Positions 1 to 10,566 of a stretch of 64,000 bases of DNA are shown piece after piece. The number at the start of each line of letters is the position of its first letter. The first letter of the stretch is position 1. The notes beneath the pieces are model-generated. The model saw nothing but the letters and a program-made list of their open reading frames with translations. It did not search any database and was not told the DNA's origin. Made by a program: the position numbers and the translations under genes. Source of the DNA: Alphaproteobacteria bacterium (GTDB lineage: Bacteria; Pseudomonadota; Alphaproteobacteria; SP197); assembly GCA_964291265.2 (NCBI GenBank), contig OZ219747.1:2432001-2496000 (forward strand). Reading direction: 5' to 3'.

Positions 1-2
1 AA

Positions 3-1448
3 AACCGGCAGCAAACGGACAACGTGCGGATTGAACTCATCGTCGAAGGGGTGGATGAGGACAGGTCCTGGGCATGCGGCCTCGAGTTCGATTACGCCAA
101 CGAAGAGTCGTTCTACTGCCGCCCCTTGCGCCTCGACCACGACAGACCGCCAGGAAGAATGCCTGTGCCGCGCGAGGCCGCATTCGTTCGCGTTGCATTT
201 CTGCCTCCCATGTCGGAGCTCGCTGCCAGTGAGACGCGCCTTGACCAGGGGGCCGTCAATGTGAGGGTGGGAGAGGGCCGCACCGCCGAGATACTCCGCA
301 ACCTGTGCCATCGCGTCGTCGAGGAGGATCCAGACCGATGGGACACGCTGGTGGGACGGATGCAGGATCATTTCGGTGTGAAGCTCGACAGGCCTCTCTA
401 TGTGGCGGAGAGGGGCGAAATCACCATGGGATACCGGGAGCGTGGCGCGGCCCTTGATCTGTCGTCAAGTGGGCGGGGACTGCAGCAGACGCTGCTGATA
501 CTCTCCTACATGTATGCCAACCCAGGCGCCGTCGTGCTGCTGGACGAGCCGGATGCGCACCTCGAGATCCTTCGCCAGCGCCATGTCTACAACCTGATAT
601 CGGAGGTTGCCATGGAGGGCGGCAACCAGGTCGTCGCGGCAAGCCATTCGGAGGTGCTCCTGAATGAAGCCGCCGGCAAGGATCTCGTCATCGCTTTCGT
701 CGGCAAGCCGCATCGCATTGGTGACAAGACAGGCGAAGTGGCCAAGGCTCTCGGTGACATCGGATTCGACCAGTACTGCCAGGCTGAACAGACGGGTTGG
801 GTCCTCTACCTCGAGGGCCCGACGGATCTTGCCATGCTGCGCTCCTTCGCCAGGCGCCTGGGGAAGCGTGACGCCGTCCGGGCGCTCGAGAAACCGTTTG
901 TCCACTACGTCGGGAACAATCCACGTGCTGCGGCGCGTCATTTTCACGGCCTCAGGGAAGCGCTCCCGAAGCTGCAGGGAATCGCACTCTTCGACCGTCT
1001 CGATGGTGGCGGGCCCGTCAGGCCGCCGTTCCCGCACCTCGTCTGGAGGCGGCGCGAGTTCGAGAACTACCTCACCACCGAAGCAACCCTCGATGCCTAC
1101 GCCTGCGCGTCCGTCATGGAGAAAGGCGCATTGCCCCTCTTCACGGCGGCGGAAGTCGACACGCGGCGGACGGCCATGCGCGAGGCGATATCCGAGGTGA
1201 GCGGTGCGCTGGCCACCCTGCACGGCAGGTCACCCTGGGACGCGGATGTCAAGGCAAGCGACGAGGTCCTGACTCCGGTGTTCCGGGCGTACTTTGCCAG
1301 GCTGGACCTGCCCGACCTCATGAACAAGAAGAGTTTCCATGAGCTTGCCGACCATGTTCCCGATGATGGAATTGACCCCGAGATCGGCGAAAAACTGGAT
1401 GCGATCGTTGCCGTATGCGCCGATGCCATACCGGCTGCGGAAGACTGA
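3..1448 (+). CDS. ATP-dependent nuclease, OLD-like (ABC-type ATPase + TOPRIM), 5'-truncated by window edge
   Basis: ABC signature LSSSGRGLQQ, Walker B VVLLDEPDAHL, H-loop ASHS, then TOPRIM-like LYLEGPTD and LFDRLD. The frame is open to the window start and Walker A is not visible. Confidence 0.75.
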   Translation, partial: NRQQTDNVRIELIVEGVDEDRSWACGLEFDYANEESFYCRPLRLDHDRPPGRMPVPREAAFVRVAFLPPMSELAASETRLDQGAVNVRVGEGRTAEILRNLCHRVVEEDPDRWDTLVGRMQDHFGVKLDRPLYVAERGEITMGYRERGAALDLSSSGRGLQQTLLILSYMYANPGAVVLLDEPDAHLEILRQRHVYNLISEVAMEGGNQVVAASHSEVLLNEAAGKDLVIAFVGKPHRIGDKTGEVAKALGDIGFDQYCQAEQTGWVLYLEGPTDLAMLRSFARRLGKRDAVRALEKPFVHYVGNNPRAAARHFHGLREALPKLQGIALFDRLDGGGPVRPPFPHLVWRRREFENYLTTEATLDAYACASVMEKGALPLFTAAEVDTRRTAMREAISEVSGALATLHGRSPWDADVKASDEVLTPVFRAYFARLDLPDLMNKKSFHELADHVPDDGIDPEIGEKLDAIVAVCADAIPAAED

Positions 1449-1501
1449 GCACCCTTCGGGATGCGGTGAGACCAGGCAGCCGGTTCCCTCCTCCTGGCGT
1501 G

Positions 1502-2311
1502 TCAGGGCGCCAGGAGGACCTCATGGAGACAGCTGGCGATTCCCCGCTGCGGATTCCACTGGGGCGGATTGCCGAGGGAGACCTCCTGGAACGGAATGCC
1601 GTCGAGCCAGGTGGTGGAGCGCAGGTGGAGATGGCCGTAGATCACGGCGCGGGCGCTGTACCGGAGGTGCCATCCCCTCGTTCTGCGCGTGCCGCACCAC
1701 GGGCTGAAACGCGGAATGCGAGGCAGGCGGGCGTGCTGCTCCTCGAGGGGGAAATGATTGACGAGGATCGTCGGCTGGCCGGAGGGAAGGGACTCGAGCC
1801 GGCACGCGGCCCTGGCGCAGAGATGGGCGCACCATGAGGCACGGTCGGAAAAGGGGTCGGGATGGAGAAAGGACTCGTCGGCACACACGACACCGTCCTC
1901 ACGCGCCCAGGCGATGACCTGATCGGCGGCCACGGCCTCCGGGCGAAAACTGTAGTCGTAGAGAAGGAAGAGCGGCACAACGACGGTGCTCTCTCCCGCT
2001 CCGGCATAGATCGGCCAGGGATCGTCCGGCGTCGTGATGCCGTGCGAGCGGGCCATGGCTACCAGCTTGTCATAGAGCGCCTTGCCGCGCTGATCGTCGT
2101 TTCTGGACCACAGTTCGTGGTTGCCGGGAATCCAGATGACCTTCGCGAACTTCCGCTTCAGGACCTGGAAGCACCAGTCGAGGTGGAGGGAGCCGTTCGT
2201 CACGTCACCAGCCACGATGAGCCAGTCCTCCGGCTTGTCCGGAAGCTCCTCGAGGGCGGCCCGGTTGACCGGATGCGTGAGGTGGAGGTCGGAGATGGCC
2301 CAGAGTGTCAT
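1502..2311 (-). CDS. Calcineurin-like metallophosphoesterase, PptH/Rv2795c-like
   Basis: Motifs SDLH, AGDV, PGNHELW, NHFP, YGHLH; blocks FLLYDYSF and WCGT. ATG at 2311 overlaps the stop of the upstream gene. Confidence 0.85.
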   Translation of the reverse strand: MTLWAISDLHLTHPVNRAALEELPDKPEDWLIVAGDVTNGSLHLDWCFQVLKRKFAKVIWIPGNHELWSRNDDQRGKALYDKLVAMARSHGITTPDDPWPIYAGAGESTVVVPLFLLYDYSFRPEAVAADQVIAWAREDGVVCADESFLHPDPFSDRASWCAHLCARAACRLESLPSGQPTILVNHFPLEEQHARLPRIPRFSPWCGTRRTRGWHLRYSARAVIYGHLHLRSTTWLDGIPFQEVSLGNPPQWNPQRGIASCLHEVLLAP

Positions 2312-2790
2312 GATTCGGCGGACCGCGCCGCCTGGTAGCGCCCCATGACCTCGGGAGGCCACGCCGCCCGCGGATCGTAGAAGGCGTCGAAGACCGGCGC
2401 ACCGTCGGCAATGTGCACCCACGGGCGACGGGTCGAGGTGTAGATGTGAACGTCCGGCGCCATGACTCCCTGGTCGTCGAGCGTGCCGACGCGGACGAAG
2501 GAGATCGCCGTGCCCGAGGCGCCGTAGTGACTCCACAACGCAACCCGGCACCGCGGACATCGCACGATCTTCTGGCCCTTGCCGCTTGCGCTCGGCGTGT
2601 CAACCGTCTCGGGCGCGCCGCTCAGAATCTCGACAAGGCTTCTTTCGATCATGGCGTTGAGCGCGAAGGCGGAACCGGTTTCGCGCTGGCACCATGTGCA
2701 GTGGCAGCAGTGAACAATGAGTGGCGTGCCGGTGACGCGGTACCTGACAGCGGCGCAGCTGCAACCGCCTTCAACAGGTGACGGTGTCAT
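2308..2790 (-). CDS. GFA/CENP-V family protein
   Basis: GGCSCAAVRY, CCHCTWCQRETGS and RCPRC Zn motifs; GGAGGG RBS upstream of the ATG. Confidence 0.9.
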   Translation of the reverse strand: MTPSPVEGGCSCAAVRYRVTGTPLIVHCCHCTWCQRETGSAFALNAMIERSLVEILSGAPETVDTPSASGKGQKIVRCPRCRVALWSHYGASGTAISFVRVGTLDDQGVMAPDVHIYTSTRRPWVHIADGAPVFDAFYDPRAAWPPEVMGRYQAARSAES

Positions 2791-3255
2791 GATCCCTCCC
2801 TCTCGGCGCTTGCGCGGCTTCTGACGGGGATTCCGTCGATTCCGCTCGCATTGTCTGATGGTTCCGGGTGTGTGCTCCTCGACCGGCTGGCAAGAAATCG
2901 GCCAAGGGGCTTGTCTCCGCGACGATGATCTCCGCCCCCGCAAACAAATCAATGTCGCACGTTTCCTTCCCGGGCCCAGTCGCACGTTTTCTTCCCGTGT
3001 TCCATGCTTTCCTGCGTCCATGTCTGGATTTTCCTCGATGCGGTCGAGGCCAAGCGCTGCCGCCCGGAGGGATGCCGGCATTGCGGCGGTCGGCTCCACA
3101 GCGCGCGGTATCCGCCCAAGCCGCACGCGCCTGCGCCTTTCCGCAGACACTGTCGCGGCCGCTGCACCCGTCTCACGAGGCGCGCTCCTGGTGGACGGCG
3201 GCGGAACACCTGTCCTATAAGGCACTCCTCGTCTTCAACAGCCGGAATGTCCTTC

Positions 3256-3675
3256 ATGAAGGAGCGTACACTCTCGATCATCAAGCCTGACGCCACCCGT
3301 CGCAACCTCACGGGCAGGATCAATGCCATGCTCGAAGATGCCGGACTGCGGATTGTCGCCCAGAAACGCACCCGGCTCACCGTTGACGAGGCCAGGACCT
3401 TCTATGCCGTGCACCGGGAACGCGCCTTCTTTGATACCCTTGTCACGTTCATGACCTCGGGGCCGGTGGTCGTGCAGGTGCTGGAGGGCCCGGATGCCGT
3501 CGCCCGCTACCGGGAGACCATGGGAGCGACCAACCCCGACCAGGCCGCGGACGGGACCATTCGCAAGGTGTTTGCCGAATCCGTGGAGGCCAACTCGGTT
3601 CATGGGTCCGATTCGCCGGACAACGCGGCAACCGAGATTGCCTTCTTCTTTTCGGCGCGTGACATCGTCGGTTGA
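3256..3675 (+). CDS. ndk: Nucleoside diphosphate kinase
   Basis: [32 protein letters not shown]. Confidence 0.97.
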   Translation: MKERTLSIIKPDATRRNLTGRINAMLEDAGLRIVAQKRTRLTVDEARTFYAVHRERAFFDTLVTFMTSGPVVVQVLEGPDAVARYRETMGATNPDQAADGTIRKVFAESVEANSVHGSDSPDNAATEIAFFFSARDIVG

Positions 3676-3684
3676 GAGACTCCT

Positions 3685-4329
3685 TCAGGACGCCGGGTTG
3701 ATCAGCATGTCGTCTGGCCGTACCGGAGCATCGACAACGACGCACTCCTCGACGACCCTGGCACGGCCCTGCAGCACGAGATTGAGGGCCAGGGGATAGA
3801 TCCTGTGTTCCGCCACGAGGACGCGGTCGGCGAGACTCTTCTCGTCGTCTCCCGAAAGCACCGGGACGGCGGCCTGGGCGATGATGGGGCCGGCGTCTGG
3901 TCGAGGGCGGACGAAGTGCACCGTGCAGCCGGTGATCATGACGCCGCTCTCCAGGACGCGGCGATGACAGGCGGTTCCGGGAAAGGCGGGGAGCAGGGAA
4001 GGGTGAATGTTGAGGATGCGGTCGCGCCAGGCCTGCGTGAAACCGGGTGTCAGGATCCGCATGAATCCGGCAAGGCAGATCAGGCTGCACCCTGCCTGGT
4101 TCGCCACGTGGTCGAGTTCGGCATCGAAGGCTTCCCTGCTCGCATAGTCGGACGCTTCGACGACACGGTGGTCGATGCCGGCTTTCCGCGCCTTCTCCAG
4201 GCCCGGAGCCCTGGACCGGCTGGACGCGACGACGCCGATGTCTCCGGCGAGATCGCCCCTGGACCGGGCATCGATCAATGCCTGGAGGTTGGAGCCGCGT
4301 CCCGAGATGAAGACGGCAATCCTCGTCAT
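3685..4329 (-). CDS. purN: Phosphoribosylglycinamide formyltransferase
   Basis: ISGRGSNLQAL, LAGFMRIL, LNIHPSLLP, GCTVHFV. Confidence 0.97.
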   Translation of the reverse strand: MTRIAVFISGRGSNLQALIDARSRGDLAGDIGVVASSRSRAPGLEKARKAGIDHRVVEASDYASREAFDAELDHVANQAGCSLICLAGFMRILTPGFTQAWRDRILNIHPSLLPAFPGTACHRRVLESGVMITGCTVHFVRPRPDAGPIIAQAAVPVLSGDDEKSLADRVLVAEHRIYPLALNLVLQGRARVVEECVVVDAPVRPDDMLINPAS

Positions 4330-5381
4330 GCCAGCCAGCCGTCGTGAGCATCAATCAGGACACGCGGTTCACCATCCGCCGATTCGAGGGCGCCGATGAC
4401 CGACACGGTCTCGCCATGGCCTTTCAGGATGCTCTCGACATGCGCTCCGCCATCCCTTGCCGCCACCAGCACCATGCCGACGCCGCAATTAAACGTGCGC
4501 AGCATCTCGCCATCATCGATGGTGTCCCTCGCCAGCCAGGAAAACACCGGGTCCACCGGCCAGCTGCCGACCTCGATGTGCGCGGCGAGGCCGGCGGGGA
4601 GAATCCGGGGAACGTTCTCGACGAGGCCACCGCCGGTGATGTGGGCAATTCCCTTGACATGACCTGTGGAGATGGCTGCAAGAACGCTCCTGACGTAGAT
4701 GCGGGTGGGTCGCAGCAGCACGTCGGCCAGACGCTGACGAGGGGCGAAGGGGGCTGCGCCATCGAGCGGGACCGTCCGTTCGTCGAGAATCCGGCGGACG
4801 AGCGAGAACCCGTTGGAGTGGATGCCGTCCGAGGCGAGAGCCAGAAGGATATCGCCGGCCTCCATGGTGCTCCCGGGAAGCAGGGTGCCGCGTTCCGCAG
4901 CGCCCACACAGAACCCGGCGAGATCGTAGTCCCCGACGGCGTAGATGCCGGGCATTTCGGCTGTTTCCCCTCCGATGAGGGCGCACCCCGCCATCCTGCA
5001 ACCGGCGGCGATGCCGGCTATGACCGTCGCGCCGGTCTGCGCATCGAGTTCACCCATGGCGAGGTAATCGAGAAAGAACAGGGGTTCTGCACCCTGGGCC
5101 AGGACATCGTTGACGCTCATGGCCACGCAGTCGATGCCTATGGTGTCGTGGATGCCGGTGTCCATGGCGAGACGCAACTTGGTGCCGACACCGTCCGTGG
5201 CCGAGACCAGCACCGGGTCGCGGTATCCCGCCGACCGCAGATCGAAGAGACCGCCGAAGCCACCGAGCCTGGCGTCGGCGCCGGGACGCCGCGTGGACGC
5301 GGCGAGGGGTGTCGCGGCATCGACGATGCGGCGCCCGGCATCGAGACTGACCCCTGCATCCTGGTAGGTGAGACCCGTCAT
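4326..5381 (-). CDS. purM: Phosphoribosylformylglycinamidine cyclo-ligase (AIR synthase)
   Basis: LTYQDAGV, TDGVGTK, GGETAEMPG, HSNGFSL, HITGGG, TFNCGVG; coupled to purN. Confidence 0.97.
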   Translation of the reverse strand: MTGLTYQDAGVSLDAGRRIVDAATPLAASTRRPGADARLGGFGGLFDLRSAGYRDPVLVSATDGVGTKLRLAMDTGIHDTIGIDCVAMSVNDVLAQGAEPLFFLDYLAMGELDAQTGATVIAGIAAGCRMAGCALIGGETAEMPGIYAVGDYDLAGFCVGAAERGTLLPGSTMEAGDILLALASDGIHSNGFSLVRRILDERTVPLDGAAPFAPRQRLADVLLRPTRIYVRSVLAAISTGHVKGIAHITGGGLVENVPRILPAGLAAHIEVGSWPVDPVFSWLARDTIDDGEMLRTFNCGVGMVLVAARDGGAHVESILKGHGETVSVIGALESADGEPRVLIDAHDGWLA

Positions 5382-5536
5382 GCCGGTCGCTCCCTCACAC
5401 ATGGCTTCGCCGGGCGGCATGCGACATCCGGCAACGACGAGACCGTTGTCCCGGTCTCGCACCCCACCCGCGGCACTGGTAGGATGGCTGCACATTACGT
5501 CATGACCGCATCATTGCAACGAGAGGCCGGCTGACC

Positions 5537-6598
5537 ATGCCTTTGAAGATGTGGAGGCTTGGCCTTGTCACGTGTGCCGTGTTCGTTGCCGCGCCGCCGC
5601 TGGTGGCTGACGGGGAAGTCTTCACGATTTCCGGTGTGGTCGTCGACGAAACGGCCGAAGACACCCGTCTGGCCCGCATGCGGGCTCTTCGCTCGGCTCT
5701 GCACATCGCCTGGAGCGATCTCGCGAGGCGTCTCGTTCGAGGCGACCCCGAGGCCATCCTCGACCAGGAAGACGCCACGCTCGACACTCTCGTGCAGGGT
5801 CTTGAATTCGATGACGAGAAGATGTCGGCAGGACGCTACCAGGCGGTCATCCGCGTCCGGTTCCAGGCGGACGCGGTGCTGGAGATTCTCGGTCGGTCCG
5901 GTGTCAGCCACCTCGGCACACCGGGACCGGTTCTCGTGGTGCTGCCGGTGCTGCAGGCAGGCCCGCAACGTGTCCTCTGGGAAGATTCGAATGCCTGGCT
6001 TTCCGCCTGGCAGCGCTCCAGTGGCGGAAACAGTGCCGTCGAACTCGTCGTGCCCGGCGGGGACCTTCGGGATATCGGTCTCATCGATGCTGCGGGCGCA
6101 CTCTCGCAGGACTGGAGTCTCCTGGCGCCGCTGGTGTCGCGCCATCGCGCAGACGGGGTTCTCGTCGCTCATGCCAGGAAGGACGGGAACATCTTTCGTC
6201 AACGGCTCACCTGGATTGACGAGGACGGAGCAGACCCCGTCCTCATGGCGCGCAACGTGCCGCAGACATGGTCGATGGAGGCTCTCGGCCGCGCGGTCGA
6301 GGCGAGCCGTGCCGGTATCGACGAGCACTGGGCAGCCATGGCGCTGGCGCCGGCCGGTCCGGTCGTTGCCGTCTTCGCCGACATCCCCGTGACAAGCCTC
6401 ACGGAGTGGGTCGATGTGCGCGATCGCCTCGAGAGCGCCCCGGCCCTGCAGGCGGTGGTTCCGCTTCTCGTCTCGACGACGAGAGTACGCGCCAGACTGC
6501 TCTACACCGGAACCCGCGGGGACCTTCTCTTGCGCATGCGTCGAGCCGGCCTCGATGTCGATGCCCGGGCGGGCCTCCTGACCATTGTGAAGCGGTGA
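5537..6598 (+). CDS. Exported protein, DUF2066-like
   Basis: N-terminal signal peptide; sits between divergent purM and hda, the usual position for this family. Confidence 0.65.
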   Translation: MPLKMWRLGLVTCAVFVAAPPLVADGEVFTISGVVVDETAEDTRLARMRALRSALHIAWSDLARRLVRGDPEAILDQEDATLDTLVQGLEFDDEKMSAGRYQAVIRVRFQADAVLEILGRSGVSHLGTPGPVLVVLPVLQAGPQRVLWEDSNAWLSAWQRSSGGNSAVELVVPGGDLRDIGLIDAAGALSQDWSLLAPLVSRHRADGVLVAHARKDGNIFRQRLTWIDEDGADPVLMARNVPQTWSMEALGRAVEASRAGIDEHWAAMALAPAGPVVAVFADIPVTSLTEWVDVRDRLESAPALQAVVPLLVSTTRVRARLLYTGTRGDLLLRMRRAGLDVDARAGLLTIVKR

Positions 6599-7278
6599 AC
6601 CAGTACGTCTTCGAATACGATCACCAACCGGCCTTCGATGAGGCGGAGTTCCTCGTCGCCGACAGCAATGCCGAAGCCAGGGCCTGGATCGATCGTTGGC
6701 CGGACTGGGATGGTCGGGGTCTCGCCATCTGGGGCCCCAGAGGGTCGGGCAAGTCACACCTGGCGGACATCTGGCGTCGAAGGAGCGGCGCCAGGCAGGT
6801 GAACGCTGCCGAGATTGACCCGGACTTCTTCGCCTCCTGGCAATGCAGCAATCTGGTCCTGCAGGAGCCGGCAGGCGGCTTCAGCGAATCCGGTCTGCTG
6901 CATGTCGTCAATCTCGTGAAAGAGGAGGGCGGGTACCTCCTCATCACGGATACGGCGCCGCCCGCTCGTTGGCGCGTCTCTTTGCCCGATCTTCGTTCGC
7001 GGCTGGCGGCATTGCCGGCGGTGGCGATCGGCCGACCGGAGGACGACCTGATTGCCGCCGTGCTGTCGAAACAGTTCCGCGACCGCCAGATCACGGTCGG
7101 TGACGGAGTTATCTCATATCTCGTCGTGCGCATGGAACGGTCCTTTGACGCCATCGGCGTCATCGTCGAGACTCTCGACCGGCTGTCGCTCGTCGAGAAG
7201 AGGCCGATCACCGTGCCCCGGGCCAGGCGTGCGCTCGAGACGGCATTTCTGAACTCATCACCCGACGGGGAGACATGA
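6595..7278 (+). CDS. hda: DnaA regulatory inactivator HdaA
   Basis: Clamp-binding-like QYVF at the N-terminus, Walker A GPRGSGKS, LPDLRSRL, RMERSF; GTG overlaps the upstream stop. Confidence 0.85.
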   Translation: MNQYVFEYDHQPAFDEAEFLVADSNAEARAWIDRWPDWDGRGLAIWGPRGSGKSHLADIWRRRSGARQVNAAEIDPDFFASWQCSNLVLQEPAGGFSESGLLHVVNLVKEEGGYLLITDTAPPARWRVSLPDLRSRLAALPAVAIGRPEDDLIAAVLSKQFRDRQITVGDGVISYLVVRMERSFDAIGVIVETLDRLSLVEKRPITVPRARRALETAFLNSSPDGET

Positions 7279-8060
7279 CGATGAAGACAGGTCTGGCAGG
7301 CCGCAAGGCCATCGTGTGTGCATCGAGCAAGGGCCTGGGACGGGCCTGCGCCGAGGCCTTGGCCGCCGAAGGGTGCGACGTGCTGATCAACGGCCGCACG
7401 GTCGAGACGGTGACCGAGACGGCGGCGGCGATCAGGAAGGCATGCCCGGAAGTCGAAGTCAGGGAAGTCCCCGGCGATGTCACGCAGGGAGATGTGCAGG
7501 AGGCCCTGGTTCATGCTTGGGATGCGCCTGACATTCTCGTCAACAATGCCGGCGGCCCACCGCCTGGCGATTTTCGCGCGTGGGAGAGGGGGGACTGGAT
7601 CCGCGCTCTCGATGCCAACATGCTGACCGCCATCATGCTGATCAGGGCGACGGTGGACGGCATGATGGAGCGGGGATTCGGGCGCATCGTCAACATCACG
7701 TCGGCGGCGGTGAAGTCGCCCATCGAGACACTCGGCCTGTCCAACGGCGCGCGTGCCGGATTGACAGGATTCTGTGCCGGTCTCGCTCGCCAGACCGTGG
7801 CCCGCAACGTGACCATCAACGGTCTGCTCCCGGGGCCCTTCGCGACCGACCGGTTGCGCCAGACCATGACCGGGCGCATGGAGTCGGGAATGAGCCTGGA
7901 GGAAGCCATGGCGCGCGAGGCCCGCGGCAATCCGGCGGGGCGTTTCGGTGAACCGGATGAATTCGGCGCGGCCTGCGTGTTCCTGTGCAGCGCAAGGGCC
8001 GGGTTCATCACCGGCCAGAATCTGGTGCTCGACGGCGGCGCCTTCAGGGGCACGCTCTAG
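7275..8060 (+). CDS. SDR family oxidoreductase
   Basis: ASSKGLGRA, LVNNAGGPPPG, NGLLPG, FITGQNLVLDGG. Confidence 0.9.
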   Translation: MTMKTGLAGRKAIVCASSKGLGRACAEALAAEGCDVLINGRTVETVTETAAAIRKACPEVEVREVPGDVTQGDVQEALVHAWDAPDILVNNAGGPPPGDFRAWERGDWIRALDANMLTAIMLIRATVDGMMERGFGRIVNITSAAVKSPIETLGLSNGARAGLTGFCAGLARQTVARNVTINGLLPGPFATDRLRQTMTGRMESGMSLEEAMAREARGNPAGRFGEPDEFGAACVFLCSARAGFITGQNLVLDGGAFRGTL

Positions 8061-8264
8061 GCGCTCGGGCAGGGGAGATCATTCGCCTGTCTGCGTGGCG
8101 CGAGCGCTGTCCCATCCAACTTTGGACGAAGCGTTCGCAAGGCGCGATGCGGAAAACAACGTCCTGGGCTCTCGATGCGCATCTGTTCATCGCCGAAGCC
8201 GGCTGGGATGCGAGGCCTCGCGGGATTCCCGGATCCGGCATCATCGCCCGTGGCGTGCGGCGGG

Positions 8265-9134
8265 TCAGCGTCGCCTCGCGAAAGACCTTCTCACGAGGGA
8301 GGGAATCGGTCGCAGGAAGGATTCGACGTACCGGGCGCGGGACAGAATGACCCGTTCAGCCAGCGGGTCGCGGCGGTCGAGTTCCGCTCTGAGTTTCCCG
8401 GCAATCGTGACGATCACGGCGCATTCCATGGAAAAACGCAGCCCCCGGACCCGGTCGGGCAACGGTGCTGCCCGTTCCAGCAGGTCTCCGGTGGCAGCAA
8501 GGCAGCGGTCGAGAACACGGCGCATGGCGGCTGTCGAGCGGCCGCGGTCAAGGGCCTCGACGCCGATGCCGGCTTCGCGAAACCACGCAAGGGGGATGTA
8601 GACCCTGTCGAGGCGGGTGCGATCCGTCTTGCAGTCCTGCAGGTGATTGAGCACCTGAAGGGCGCTGCAGAGACTGTCCGAAGCCTCGTAGGCAGAGTCC
8701 GGTTCGCCGTGGAGGTCGATGAGGTAGCGTCCCACGGGCGCCGCCGAGCGAGAGCAGTAGTTCAGGAGATCGTCCCAGGTTTCGTAGCGCCATGTCGTTG
8801 CGTCCTGGCGAAAGGCGTCCAGAAGATCGATCGCGTGGCGGTTCGACACACCGGTCTCACCGAGACTTCGGGCGAGAGCGAGCGCCGAAGAGGGCGCAGC
8901 GGAGTCTGCCCGAGGGTTGACGAGGGCCCGGGCGAAGAGGTCGAGGCGGGCGATCTTGTCGTCCGTCCCGAGTTCCGGGTTGTCGGCAATGTCGTCGGCG
9001 GCCCGGGCGAAGGCGTAGAAGAGATGCGCATGGCGGCGGAAGGGGCGGGCCATCAGACGCGAGGCAACGGGAAAGTTCTCGTCTCCGGCATCCTTGCCGG
9101 ATGGGGTTTCGGGCTGTTCCCGCAAACGCGTCAC
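8265..9134 (-). CDS. hpnC: Squalene synthase HpnC
   Basis: [48 protein letters not shown]; GTG overlaps the rnhA stop. Confidence 0.9.
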   Translation of the reverse strand: MTRLREQPETPSGKDAGDENFPVASRLMARPFRRHAHLFYAFARAADDIADNPELGTDDKIARLDLFARALVNPRADSAAPSSALALARSLGETGVSNRHAIDLLDAFRQDATTWRYETWDDLLNYCSRSAAPVGRYLIDLHGEPDSAYEASDSLCSALQVLNHLQDCKTDRTRLDRVYIPLAWFREAGIGVEALDRGRSTAAMRRVLDRCLAATGDLLERAAPLPDRVRGLRFSMECAVIVTIAGKLRAELDRRDPLAERVILSRARYVESFLRPIPSLVRRSFARRR

Positions 9135-9607
9135 GGTGCGCCCTGCTGTCGGGCGCCCCTGTTGGCGTGTCGCTGCATTCCCTTGCGCGCCAAGCGGTCG
9201 GCGCATTCGTTGCCGGGATCGCCGGCATGCCCCCTGACCCATTGCCAGTCGACCTTGTAACGGGCGATCAGTGAATCGAGCGTGCGCCACAGGTCGGCAT
9301 TCTTGACCGGCTGGCGGCTGGCGGTGGTCCAGCCGTTGGCCTTCCAGCGGTGAATCCACGATGTGATTCCCTGGCGCAGGTACTGGCTGTCGGTGAAGAG
9401 GGTGACCGGGGCCGGTCGGCAGAGCGCTTCCAGGGCGCGGATTGCTGCGGTCAGTTCCATGCGGTTGGAGGTGGTCCAGTCTTCCCCGCCGCAGATTTCC
9501 TTCCTGTGCCCGTGCCACTCGAGCAATGCCCCCCAGCCTCCCGGTCCGGGATTGCCGGAACAGGCGCCGTCGGTGTGGATCACGATGTAGTCGGGCGCCG
9601 AGGTCAC
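9131..9607 (-). CDS. rnhA: Ribonuclease HI
   Basis: [47 protein letters not shown]. Confidence 0.97.
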   Translation of the reverse strand: MTSAPDYIVIHTDGACSGNPGPGGWGALLEWHGHRKEICGGEDWTTSNRMELTAAIRALEALCRPAPVTLFTDSQYLRQGITSWIHRWKANGWTTASRQPVKNADLWRTLDSLIARYKVDWQWVRGHAGDPGNECADRLARKGMQRHANRGARQQGAP

Positions 9608-10554
9608 GGGTTCAGCCAAGGGTGGTTGCGGTGATAGCGCATGACCCTGAGGAACTCGCCAGGGTCCTTCGGTGTCACAATGGCCCCTCCCACGGGATTG
9701 AGCCAGTCATAGAGTCGGGTCAGCAGGAAGCGCAGGGCGGCGCCCCGCGCCAGCAGGGAGAGAGCAGATCTTTCCGCCTCTTCGAGAGGTCGGCGGGAGG
9801 CGTAGCCATCGATCAGGGAACGTCCCCTGGCGGCATCGAACCGCGCCGCACCGGTGAAGCACCATGCGTTGAGGCATACCGCGACATCGTAGGCGAGGAG
9901 ATCGTTGCAGGCGAAGTAGAAGTCGATCAGACCCGTCAGCCGCGGTCCGCGGAAGAACACGTTGTCGCTGAAGAGGTCGGCGTGGATAACGCCGTGTGGC
10001 AGGTCCCGGGGCCAGCATTCATGGAGTATGTCGAGTTCCCTGGAGATCTCGTCGGCAAGACCCGGTTCCACCTCGTCGGCCCGCTCGCGGCACTGACCCG
10101 CCAGAGTGTTCCATGACTCCAGTCCCAGGGCGTTGGGACGATGCATGGCAAAGTCGGCTCCCGCGAGATGCATCTCCGCCAGCGCGTTTCCCACGGCGCT
10201 GCAGTGACGGGACTCGATGACCCCCGGCGACACGCCCTCGAGGAAACTGATCAGGGCAGCCGCCTTGCCAGCGAGCCGCTTGAGCGCGCGTCCCCTGCAG
10301 TCCCTGATCGGAGTGGGACAGGGCACACCACGAGCGGCGAGATGTTCCATGAGACCAAGAAAGAATGGCAGATCCTTCTCCTTCACCCGCTTCTCGTAGA
10401 GGGTGAGGATGTAGGGTCCGGAGTCGGTCATGACAAGGTAGTTGCTGTTCTCGACGCCTTCCGCGATACCCTTCATGGCAAGGATGTTGCCGACATCGTA
10501 GTCGGCGAGAAAGACAGCGAGTTCCTCGGTCGCGACATCGGTGTAGACGGCCAT
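9604..10554 (-). CDS. thrB: Homoserine kinase (type II)
   Basis: [45 protein letters not shown]. Confidence 0.95.
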   Translation of the reverse strand: MAVYTDVATEELAVFLADYDVGNILAMKGIAEGVENSNYLVMTDSGPYILTLYEKRVKEKDLPFFLGLMEHLAARGVPCPTPIRDCRGRALKRLAGKAAALISFLEGVSPGVIESRHCSAVGNALAEMHLAGADFAMHRPNALGLESWNTLAGQCRERADEVEPGLADEISRELDILHECWPRDLPHGVIHADLFSDNVFFRGPRLTGLIDFYFACNDLLAYDVAVCLNAWCFTGAARFDAARGRSLIDGYASRRPLEEAERSALSLLARGAALRFLLTRLYDWLNPVGGAIVTPKDPGEFLRVMRYHRNHPWLNP

Positions 10555-10566
10555 CGAACCGCCCGT

